In this document: positions 17,899 to 26,173 of the stretch, piece by piece
Position numbering within the stretch: position 1 is the first letter of the stretch
Layout of the letters: each line of letters opens with the position of its first letter
DNA from: Candidatus Saccharimonas aalborgensis
GTDB taxonomy: Bacteria > Patescibacteriota > Saccharimonadia > Saccharimonadales > Saccharimonadaceae
Direction: 5' to 3'
Length of the DNA: 32,000 nt
Assembly (NCBI RefSeq): GCF_000392435.1
Contig: NC_021219.1
Location: 390,001-422,000 of the forward strand
Program-made: the position numbers and the translations under genes
The notes under the pieces: model-generated
What the model was told of the DNA's origin: nothing
Seen by the model: only the letters and a program-made list of their open reading frames with translations
The model's database searches: none

Positions 17899-17924
17899 GA
17901 GGCTTCTCCTTTTTTATTACTCTG

Positions 17925-17939
17925 TCATTATAGTAATGA
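17925..17939 (-). promoter_or_regulatory. inverted repeat TCATTA-tag-TAATGA overlapping the -10 box of the wHTH/RR/HK operon
   Basis: Perfect 6-3-6 palindrome. A - strand TATAAT (complement of 17927-17932) lies inside it, about 30 nt upstream of ATG 17898. Confidence 0.4.
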
Positions 17940-18063
17940 AAAGCTTAGAAAGACCTTAACACTCTCTTTGATAAGAGTTACCCTTCACATACCAACGTCT
18001 TGTATAGGCGAAATGAAGTTTGAAGGAAATGCTGGCACATACTGACAGGGAATAGGAATAGCT

Positions 18064-18576
18064 TTAATACGTACTATACGGCCAAGGACCATAGTATGAG
18101 TCAGATGGTTTACAGCCGCTAGCTAAGGCTGCAATATAGCCAGAATGGTATATACTTGATGTGTCGTTAACCTTGCTTGAAGCATAGAAACACATGATAC
18201 TCCACGTTTCTCTTCCTACTATTCCGTCAACCTTCTTGGCACAACCAACTGATCGCTGAATATCCTCAATCTTCTTTTTCGTAATGGGCCCAAAGCTACC
18301 GTCATTTGAGATAAAATTAATGGACATTTGCTGAGGTACTCCATTGTTGTATCCACTACAAGCCCAACCTCCTCCCCAGTTTTTAGTAATTGCATTTGCC
18401 ATATATTGGAGATTTTTTACACATTGCCCCGAGCGGATATAACCATAGCCATACACTCCATATATACACTGTGTGGCAGCAGAAGCCTGTCCGTTAGGTA
18501 AAACTATTTGGAATAGAGTTGACACTATAAATGCGAAACCCACGAATGATATGGCTGATCTTTTTATTAAACTCAT
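18064..18576 (-). CDS. secreted Cys-containing protein with a peptidoglycan-binding (PG_binding_1-like) segment
   Basis: Signal peptide ending in ASAA. GSFGPITKKKIEDIQRSVGCAKKVDGIVGRETWSIM resembles the PG_binding_1 repeat. SD GGAAGG lies 6 nt before ATG 18576. The local sequence is AT-rich. Confidence 0.6.
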   Translation of the reverse strand: MSLIKRSAISFVGFAFIVSTLFQIVLPNGQASAATQCIYGVYGYGYIRSGQCVKNLQYMANAITKNWGGGWACSGYNNGVPQQMSINFISNDGSFGPITKKKIEDIQRSVGCAKKVDGIVGRETWSIMCFYASSKVNDTSSIYHSGYIAALASGCKPSDSYYGPWPYSTY

Positions 18577-18738
18577 TTGAACACCTTCCATAGGTTATAT
18601 TGTACTATTCGATATTTATCTTAGCATTAATAACTCATGGACACAAATTATGAATACAAAAGTCGTCCAAGTAAGCTGCAAGCAGTGAATTGCTTAACCA
18701 ATATATTTTAGTGCTGATAGGTAGAACAGGTTACAAAA

Positions 18739-20046
18739 CTAGGGTGAATGTGACCGTGCGTACTCGCGCTGTCTCAGTACCGTCAGGTACTCAAGCGCTT
18801 CTGAAGGCATATCGGGGCGGCGCTCACGATCAGGGTATCCTGGACCCAATGTAAAGAGAATGCCTCGTCTTGCCATCTGGTCAACAACTGTACCGAAGGG
18901 TGCTTCGCGAAAACCCTCAAAGCCAGTCTTGTCGGTATAGGCAACCCGCCATGGATTAATGTGGTGGATCTCCTGTCCATTGACTTCATCAAGTGTCCCA
19001 AGCGAAACCGCTGATGCAAATTGTTTTACTGCCCATGAGCCCTTGAGTTTCATAGAGTAGGTACCGTCAGGTTTCATAGCAACCGTACCGTCGAGAAAAT
19101 TGTATCCCAACTGCTTGAGACCTATGTTCATATCTCCGGCATGCCCACCCGCATTGACTATGGCGCTGCCGGCAATGAGGATGCCACTGGCTGTCGCAAA
19201 AATGCCCGCACCTAAAAGAGCTGACTTGGCTGCCTCCTCGGGCGATTTCGGTCGATCGAGTGCCACACGAGTGGCAGCAGAGAGGGCGGTCGCGCCGAGA
19301 CGAATTGCTTTTTTGTGTTTTTCGATAAACTCCTCAGTAGGAGTCCGTCTCAAAAATTCGGGTACAAGCTCCTCATTACGGTTATAAAATGTCACCGCGT
19401 CGTCGTAGAGCTGAAGGTTGTGAAACAATACACCGCGCACCCCATCAGGATGCAGTACAGGCGAGTGCGGGTCGCGTAACATAAACCGAATATCATACAG
19501 CGACGGCTCGGAACCCACTGCTTTCACAGCCGCCTTATTGCCCGATGGCTCCTCATAGAGGTAGCGTGGCTGTCGTCCCCTTAAGATGCGTTCAACTTCC
19601 TCAGTGGTATAGTGCTGCTGCGGCAGATACTTCCCCTCAACTAGTTGTCGAGCAAGCGCACCGACAGCTACTGCGTCATCGAGCGCCATCTCTGGCACAC
19701 CCGGATCAATACCATACACAGTCTCGGGAAGTGGATGACGAGCAAATTCCTCGGGATGACCCTGCAACCACTCGATAAGATCATGTAATTCTATCGCAGG
19801 ACGCAAATCAGCATCAGTACAGGAGTGATGGTCGAGGTGAAGCATGGCCCAACGCGACGTATCGGTAAATGGTGCCCCCATTACCTCAAGTGCTAACCGT
19901 GTCCACCTGCCCGGAATAACAGAATCATGAGTGCGAAAGCGGTGGTCAAGGATGGTCGTCTTGAGAAGTGGTGTGCCCAACTCGACAGCACCTTGGGTAA
20001 CGGGATGTTTGGCAACAGTCCATAAACGTTCGGTCGTTTTTGTCAT
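18739..20046 (-). CDS. hypothetical protein with desaturase-like histidine boxes
   Basis: 435 aa from ATG 20046, which is preceded by a GGAAGGA SD; the ORF opens at GTG 20061. Motifs HRFRTH, WAMLHLDHH, DPHSP and QEIHHINP occur in that order. There is one hydrophobic stretch, ALLGAGIFATASGILIAGSAIV. Confidence 0.6.
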   Translation of the reverse strand: MTKTTERLWTVAKHPVTQGAVELGTPLLKTTILDHRFRTHDSVIPGRWTRLALEVMGAPFTDTSRWAMLHLDHHSCTDADLRPAIELHDLIEWLQGHPEEFARHPLPETVYGIDPGVPEMALDDAVAVGALARQLVEGKYLPQQHYTTEEVERILRGRQPRYLYEEPSGNKAAVKAVGSEPSLYDIRFMLRDPHSPVLHPDGVRGVLFHNLQLYDDAVTFYNRNEELVPEFLRRTPTEEFIEKHKKAIRLGATALSAATRVALDRPKSPEEAAKSALLGAGIFATASGILIAGSAIVNAGGHAGDMNIGLKQLGYNFLDGTVAMKPDGTYSMKLKGSWAVKQFASAVSLGTLDEVNGQEIHHINPWRVAYTDKTGFEGFREAPFGTVVDQMARRGILFTLGPGYPDRERRPDMPSEALEYLTVLRQREYARSHSP

Positions 20047-20106
20047 ACCATCCTTCCGCACTAATGCCTATGTTATAACTATTATTCCACAGTGAGGTGC
20101 TTTTTG

Positions 20107-21678
20107 CTATGATGGCTGATTATTCGTGATCATCACTTCGAGGCATGGTGTCGCCACACTACCGAGCGGCTTTGTATTTATAGAGGTTTCCTTCGCCGAT
20201 ACGCCGCTTACCTTGGTTTTTGCACCAACGCTTGAGCAAACATCAGGTGCGGTTATGTCAAGCGACCGAACAATGCCAAACTCAAGAGATGATGACTCAG
20301 ACAGAGATGCTTTTAGCGACCCGATGCTTGCTGCAGTAGCATCTACTCTTGCACCCCTTCCGATCATGAGCGTGATTGTATCTACTTGTGTCTCACTCGA
20401 CATGACGACATCTCCTTCTATGACATTCACCACAAGAGCGTTCGTCGCTGGTATGTAAACATTTCCCCTTACAACCGTCAATGTGTCGACCGGCGGACCA
20501 TAGATATCCACCGTAGCCAGAGACACCGCTGAGCAAAAGAGGGGCGTCTTAACACAGGATGTTGTTGCTGCGCTCACGCGTATTGTGTCACCATCAAGTG
20601 TTACGGTTGGAATATTTTTGTAGAGTCCCGGACTATAGGTAATAACAGCTTTGGGTACGCCTAACGAGACGTGGTACAAGACAACTGGTCCGTCAGCTTC
20701 AATCTTTAACTGCTTCTTGCCAGAGAGTGCCTTCATATCGGTAGTTGGTATGACAGTCCTTTGGTCGTATAGACCTCTCTCTTGTCGATAGGTCACGTAG
20801 CCCATGCCCGCTCCAACACCAAAACAAAGGAGCCCAAGTGTTACTACTGTTACAAGCGTACCGATCAGTCGTTTATTGTGTTTTGCGGTCAAAAGCATAT
20901 AGGCAATCACCCAACAGAAGAAGACAAACAGTAGTCCAGCCGCAGCGATTAATCCACCATATAGCCAATAGATTCCATCGAGACGAGCATCTGTATCGAT
21001 GAGAACATGCCAAATAACCATGACGACACTCATTGCTGCTATCACGCCTACGGCCACAGCAGCAATACCCGATATAATACGCAGAGCAGTGAGCAGGGAA
21101 CTGGCCATCTCACTTCGAGGCAACCTATTGTCACTCTCATCTTGAATCGATGCGAGGGTGACTGGCCTACCCGCCATCTGAAGGCGATTGGCTGCCGTCC
21201 GCGAAATAGGAATCACCACCCAAGCAGCGATGTAGGCAAGAATCATCATGCCAGCACTCATGACAGTCGCCAGGATGAATGCCAGTCGGATCCAGACGAC
21301 GTCAACACCAAAATAGGCTGCGAGGCCAGCGCAAACCCCTGCTACCATTGCATTTGATGGGTCGCGCATCAGCCGCTTCTCACTTGATACGGGAGCCATG
21401 GGTGCGATGTCAGGAGTATTCTCACTATCAGTGAAATCGTTTGGGTCGCCAAGCTGCGCCTTGACTGCGTCAATGTCTTTAGTGCCAATGACCTTCTCGC
21501 CACTGATATCACGATCAGTCAGCAGCTCTACGATGCGAGCCTCAATCTCACGCATTGCATCAGCATCAGCACCAAGAGATTTTTTGATGGCGCCGAGATA
21601 CACCTCAAGGTCTTTTTTTGCCTCCACCTCAACGTTGTAGGGAAATGAGGCGAGGGAAATACGAGTAATTTCTTTCAT
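20107..21678 (-). CDS. PspC-domain membrane protein with an N-terminal DUF1700-like helical domain and a C-terminal beta-helix-like domain
   Basis: PspC motif MVAGVCAGLAAYFGVDVVWIRLAFI and several TM segments. The C-terminus is rich in V/T/S/G repeats, similar to DUF2807/DUF4097. It lies directly downstream of padR (8-nt gap). Confidence 0.8.
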   Translation of the reverse strand: MKEITRISLASFPYNVEVEAKKDLEVYLGAIKKSLGADADAMREIEARIVELLTDRDISGEKVIGTKDIDAVKAQLGDPNDFTDSENTPDIAPMAPVSSEKRLMRDPSNAMVAGVCAGLAAYFGVDVVWIRLAFILATVMSAGMMILAYIAAWVVIPISRTAANRLQMAGRPVTLASIQDESDNRLPRSEMASSLLTALRIISGIAAVAVGVIAAMSVVMVIWHVLIDTDARLDGIYWLYGGLIAAAGLLFVFFCWVIAYMLLTAKHNKRLIGTLVTVVTLGLLCFGVGAGMGYVTYRQERGLYDQRTVIPTTDMKALSGKKQLKIEADGPVVLYHVSLGVPKAVITYSPGLYKNIPTVTLDGDTIRVSAATTSCVKTPLFCSAVSLATVDIYGPPVDTLTVVRGNVYIPATNALVVNVIEGDVVMSSETQVDTITLMIGRGARVDATAASIGSLKASLSESSSLEFGIVRSLDITAPDVCSSVGAKTKVSGVSAKETSINTKPLGSVATPCLEVMITNNQPS

Positions 21679-21686
21679 ATCGTTCC

Positions 21687-22019
21687 TTATAATTTCTTTA
21701 ATGTTGTGTGGAGCAGCTCAATATCCGTTTGCATGACGCAAGTGACATCGCGTCCGTAGTTGCTCACTCTGTAATATTTTCGCGGTGGCCCCTGTTCGCT
21801 TTCTTGCCACTCGTGAACTAGCAATCCATCTCGCTGAAGTCGGTTGAGAAGCGGATAAATTGTTCCTTCTACTACGACAAGCTCAGCCGCCTGAAGTTCT
21901 TTGATAATATCGCTCGTATACTTGGGTCGATGCGAACAAACTACCAGCACACAGTAGGCAAGAAAACCTTTGCGCAATTGGGTTGCGAGTGACTCGGCAT
22001 ATTCTTCGGCAGATTTCAT
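21687..22019 (-). CDS. PadR-family transcriptional regulator
   Basis: 110 aa. EGTIYPLLNRLQRDGLL...PPRKYYRVSNYG is the canonical PadR wHTH signature. Confidence 0.9.
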   Translation of the reverse strand: MKSAEEYAESLATQLRKGFLAYCVLVVCSHRPKYTSDIIKELQAAELVVVEGTIYPLLNRLQRDGLLVHEWQESEQGPPRKYYRVSNYGRDVTCVMQTDIELLHTTLKKL

Positions 22020-22071
22020 TTTATACCTGTAGTCTGTGTGACTATTATGTTTTATATAGTTCTATGTTATA

Positions 22072-22093
22072 CAAGGTACCTTGACATGTCAAG
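22072..22093. promoter_or_regulatory. nested perfect palindromes CAAGGTACCTTG and CTTGACATGTCAAG; candidate PadR operator and divergent promoter core
   Basis: The 12-bp palindrome at 22072-22083 overlaps the 14-bp palindrome at 22080-22093. The latter contains TTGACA on both strands. It sits between the divergent padR and SIS-like genes. Confidence 0.5.
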
Positions 22094-22158
22094 TCTATTA
22101 GACCCCCTTTTGTCATTTGCTATACTAGAGCTATATACGTTAACGTCAGGAAAGCCTT

Positions 22159-23160
22159 ATGGACACGCAACCCCTCCCCTCGCCCTCTATTGATTCACCA
22201 GGTGTATCACCGCCTCTTGGTTCCACGATCTCTCTTCTTGACAGTTTCGATATCGATCATTTACCAGATCTCGATACCGTCGTAATGGGTGCACTTGAAT
22301 TATTTGAACAACAACCACTCCCTACTCTTAACCTATCGCACTATCACCACCCATTGGTCGTTGGATCAGGTAATGCTGAAGCAACTGGCCGCATTATCTT
22401 TGACAAGAGCCAGGCAGTATTTGCTAGTGAAAGCAATTACCTTGAGGCGCTTAGAACAATGCCCGAGATTGATAGTGTTGTTGTACTATCAGCATCTGGT
22501 AGCAAACATGCACCTGCTATCGTTGACGCAGCAAGAGCCGCTCATAAGCCAGTGACGCTCATTACCAACACCCCCAACTCACCCGCACACGCCAGCCTCG
22601 ACCTTAGCCAAGCTGAGCACGAGTACGTTTTCCCAAAAAATCGCGAACCCTACACCTACAACACATCAACTTACATGGGCATGATCCTGGGAAATACGCA
22701 TGAAGATCCTGCGGTGATCCGCCGATTTATCAATGAGCGTATCGCCACAATCGAATTTCCAGATTTTGGTAGCTATGACAAATACTACTTAATTGTTCCG
22801 CCGCAATTCCATGGCATCAAACGGATGCTCGAAATAAAGTTTATCGAGTTGTTTGGCAGAAATATCGCTCGAGATATCGAAACGAGCGAGTATGTGATCC
22901 ATGCGACAACAGTTGCACCAGCCCGAGAACTATTCATTTCCTTTGGTGAAACAAACTCAACGTGGGGAGATCCACAAAATCGACTCACCATTCCCCTGCC
23001 TGACGGTGCAGGCTACGGTGCAATGATGGCAGTTGGCTACTACATTGTTGCCCAGATCCAAAAGGCCCACCCTCAATATTTCAAGGATAATATCGTCGAG
23101 TATACAAAGAAGGTTTCGGAACTATTTGGCAGAGAGATTACTGCTATTGTCGATAAATAA
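22159..23160 (+). CDS. SIS-domain-like protein (putative sugar-phosphate binding or isomerase fold)
   Basis: 333 aa. PLVVGSGNAEATG ... VVVLSASGSKHAPAIVDAARAAHKPVTLITN resembles the SIS nucleotide-binding fold. AGGAAA lies 7 nt upstream of the ATG. Functional call is weak. Confidence 0.5.
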   Translation: MDTQPLPSPSIDSPGVSPPLGSTISLLDSFDIDHLPDLDTVVMGALELFEQQPLPTLNLSHYHHPLVVGSGNAEATGRIIFDKSQAVFASESNYLEALRTMPEIDSVVVLSASGSKHAPAIVDAARAAHKPVTLITNTPNSPAHASLDLSQAEHEYVFPKNREPYTYNTSTYMGMILGNTHEDPAVIRRFINERIATIEFPDFGSYDKYYLIVPPQFHGIKRMLEIKFIELFGRNIARDIETSEYVIHATTVAPARELFISFGETNSTWGDPQNRLTIPLPDGAGYGAMMAVGYYIVAQIQKAHPQYFKDNIVEYTKKVSELFGREITAIVDK

Positions 23161-23761
23161 TCGCAAGGCTGCTTTGCACACGCATCACTGCCCGTTGTCC
23201 TACAAGCCACTCATCGACTGCCCGCGCAGCACCGGGAAGTGCCTCATTTGCATAATCATCGACGATAATCACTGCGCCGGAAACCAGTCGAGGTGTGATG
23301 AGCATGAGCGACTCGCGGATTGACCCATAGTAATCGCCGTCTAAAAAAGCAAATCCAACTGTCTGCGGAATGTGAGATTGGTCCAGATCATGAAACCAAC
23401 CTTTGTGTATGCGCGGCATCACTAGACCGGCTTTTTTGAATTGTGCGAAAAACTCTTTTTTGTGTGCTAGAAGCTCGCCAGTAACAAAGTGCTCACCGAC
23501 GCTGCTCTGATCCCACCTCCCCTTCGGTGGTAACCCCTCAAACGAATCATAGACATGAAACTCTCGCTTGTCCTCATAACAATCAAGAAGACGGCGAATA
23601 AATAATGAGGTGGTACCTTGATAGCAACCAAACTCGACCACGGCACCTGTTTTGCCGCCAGAAATATAGTATTCAAGCTCGCGTAGTATGACCTGTAACT
23701 CACCAGCAGTAATCTGGTCAGAGATGAGTGGATACTTCCGTATAAGTTCCGCTGTTTTCAC
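23144..23761 (-). CDS. TylF/MycF-family SAM-dependent O-methyltransferase
   Basis: GAVVEFGCYQGTTS, DSFEGLPP, KGWF, LDGDYYGS, IIVDDY and AVDEW match the TylF pattern. I trimmed the start to GTG 23761, which forms a GTGA overlap with the upstream small-ORF stop. The rest of the 289-aa track ORF is rejected. Confidence 0.75.
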   Translation of the reverse strand: MKTAELIRKYPLISDQITAGELQVILRELEYYISGGKTGAVVEFGCYQGTTSLFIRRLLDCYEDKREFHVYDSFEGLPPKGRWDQSSVGEHFVTGELLAHKKEFFAQFKKAGLVMPRIHKGWFHDLDQSHIPQTVGFAFLDGDYYGSIRESLMLITPRLVSGAVIIVDDYANEALPGAARAVDEWLVGQRAVMRVQSSLAIIYRQ

Positions 23762-23880
23762 GCCGCGCGCCACTGATTCATCAACAGAATAATAGCGATC
23801 AGAATGATAACAGCAATAATAACGACGAGTGCCTCCAGTACGGTAAAGCCTCCGCGGGCTGACGATCGACGACCTATCAT
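23758..23880 (-). CDS. 40-aa ORF consisting only of a type IV prepilin-type signal and N-terminal helix
   Basis: MIGRRSSARGG|FTVLEALVVIIAVIILIAIILLMNQWRAA. It has a basic leader ending in G, F at +1, E at +5 and about 20 hydrophobic residues. TACAAT (complement of 23891-23896) lies 10 nt upstream. Absent from the ORF track because it is short. Confidence 0.4.
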   Translation of the reverse strand: MIGRRSSARGGFTVLEALVVIIAVIILIAIILLMNQWRAA

Positions 23881-23960
23881 GTTCTCTGGTATTGTAGCAC
23901 GAAACAGTGGTAAAGCTCATGCTTTTTCGGTATACTTGGGAGTAGAGAGGGAAAAAGTAG

Positions 23961-24794
<834 letters not shown>

Positions 24795-24795
24795 G

Positions 24796-25698
24796 GTGGG
24801 ATTGGATACGATACTTCAGCCATTTCTGATCGCCAACGTCTTTATCATCGGAGTCGTTGTTGCCCTCGCTGTGAGCAATGCGTGGGCGCATTTTCGTCCG
24901 CAAAATAGCCGAGAAAAAAAACATGTGAACACTATGCTTCTCCCCGCCGACACGCGCGCTCGTATTCTCAATGAAGCCGAGGAGGCGTACCATCGAATCG
25001 TCACAAAAACTGCTGTCCAGCTCGAGGAAAACCTGGCTTCGACGACGAAATCACTCGGTGAACACTTAAACAAGCTAGGATCAACACTCGTCAGCGATGA
25101 ACTAAAACGCTACCAAACTGAGCTCGACGAGCTGCGTTCACGTACTCAAGGTGCTATCGGAAAAGCCGAAACTGAAATCAACCAGCACCAAATGGATGTA
25201 AAGGCAAAGCTACTCGAGCGCCAAAATGAGATTGACAGCAAACTTGCCGAAGATGAACAAACGCTACGAGCTGCGCTAATGGAGCGTCAACACCAGCTTG
25301 AAACAGAGTTCATAGAACGTCAAAACGAATACGCCACAAGGCATGCTGAACTGGAGGCAAAGCTGACTGAACACCAGACGCAGCTCGAAGCGATCCTCAA
25401 AGAGCGCGAAGAAACGCTTGCCGAGCACCAATCACGTCTTGACCAAGAAATCACGGACCGCCAAGAACAATACCAACGTCGGCAAGCTGATCTAGATGCT
25501 AGACTCGAGCAGGACATGGAAAAAAAGCGTCAGTTCTTGACCTCGCAGCTTGACACAAAGCTCTCAGATAGCGTGACAACCTTTCTTGTCGAGACACTAG
25601 GTCAACATGTCGACCTAGGAGCCCAAGCTACCTACCTAACAACTCTCCTAGAGGAGCATAAGGCTGAGCTTATCAAGGGAGTGAACGATGAATTGTAA
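24796..25698 (+). CDS. single-TM long coiled-coil protein, ATP synthase b-subunit-like (peripheral-stalk candidate) but about twice the usual length
   Basis: 300 aa. N-terminal TM ILQPFLIANVFIIGVVVALAV, then about 250 aa rich in E/Q/R/L with repeated E-[RH]-Q motifs. It occupies the atpF position immediately before delta and overlaps it by 11 nt. Confidence 0.65.
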   Translation: MGLDTILQPFLIANVFIIGVVVALAVSNAWAHFRPQNSREKKHVNTMLLPADTRARILNEAEEAYHRIVTKTAVQLEENLASTTKSLGEHLNKLGSTLVSDELKRYQTELDELRSRTQGAIGKAETEINQHQMDVKAKLLERQNEIDSKLAEDEQTLRAALMERQHQLETEFIERQNEYATRHAELEAKLTEHQTQLEAILKEREETLAEHQSRLDQEITDRQEQYQRRQADLDARLEQDMEKKRQFLTSQLDTKLSDSVTTFLVETLGQHVDLGAQATYLTTLLEEHKAELIKGVNDEL

Positions 25699-26173
25699 GT
25701 TACCGACATCAGTCAGCTCGCCGAGCGACGTCGCAAGTCTCATTCTGGAAGTTCGTGACTACGCAACTTGGTACCGTCAATACGCGGTGGCAAGTAAAGT
25801 AAAAGTTGACTACCGCACAACCCAACCCGAGCTAACCCCTACGGCAAGCGCTGTCATTCGAGATTGGGCAAAAGATGAGCCGTTATCACCACAACGCCTC
25901 GACCAGTTGATTGAAGAGCTAGAGACAATCGCTGCCGAGGCACCGGTCATTACCCTTACCCTCGCCGCTCCTGCACCTGCTGAAATTAAAAAAGCACTGG
26001 TGGGCTGGTGTCGTACCAATCTGAACGCATCAATGCTAGTAACGTTTCATTTTAATTCCACCCTACTCGGTGGCATGGTAGTTCGCTATGGCAGCCGCAT
26101 CTACGATTGGTCGTTTCGTCGGTCTATCATGGAACATCGCCACCGTTTGCCGGAGATTATCAGCAATGTTTGA
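25688..26173 (+). CDS. atpH: F-type ATPase delta (OSCP) subunit with a divergent, short N-terminal region
   Basis: The C-terminal half (APVITLTLAAPAPAEIKKALVGW...LVTFHFNSTLLGGMVVRYGSRIYDWSFRRSI) matches the delta C-terminal domain pattern (..GG..v+.G....D.S.r..l). 161 aa. Confidence 0.7.
   Translation: MNCKLPTSVSSPSDVASLILEVRDYATWYRQYAVASKVKVDYRTTQPELTPTASAVIRDWAKDEPLSPQRLDQLIEELETIAAEAPVITLTLAAPAPAEIKKALVGWCRTNLNASMLVTFHFNSTLLGGMVVRYGSRIYDWSFRRSIMEHRHRLPEIISNV

Noticed and set aside
26088-26165. N-terminal 26 codons of the alpha-subunit track ORF (MAAASTIGRFVGLSWNIATVCRRLSA)
   Set aside because: This stretch lies entirely inside the delta gene in another frame and has no alpha-like sequence. 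The ATG at 26166 gives the expected short overlap with the delta stop.
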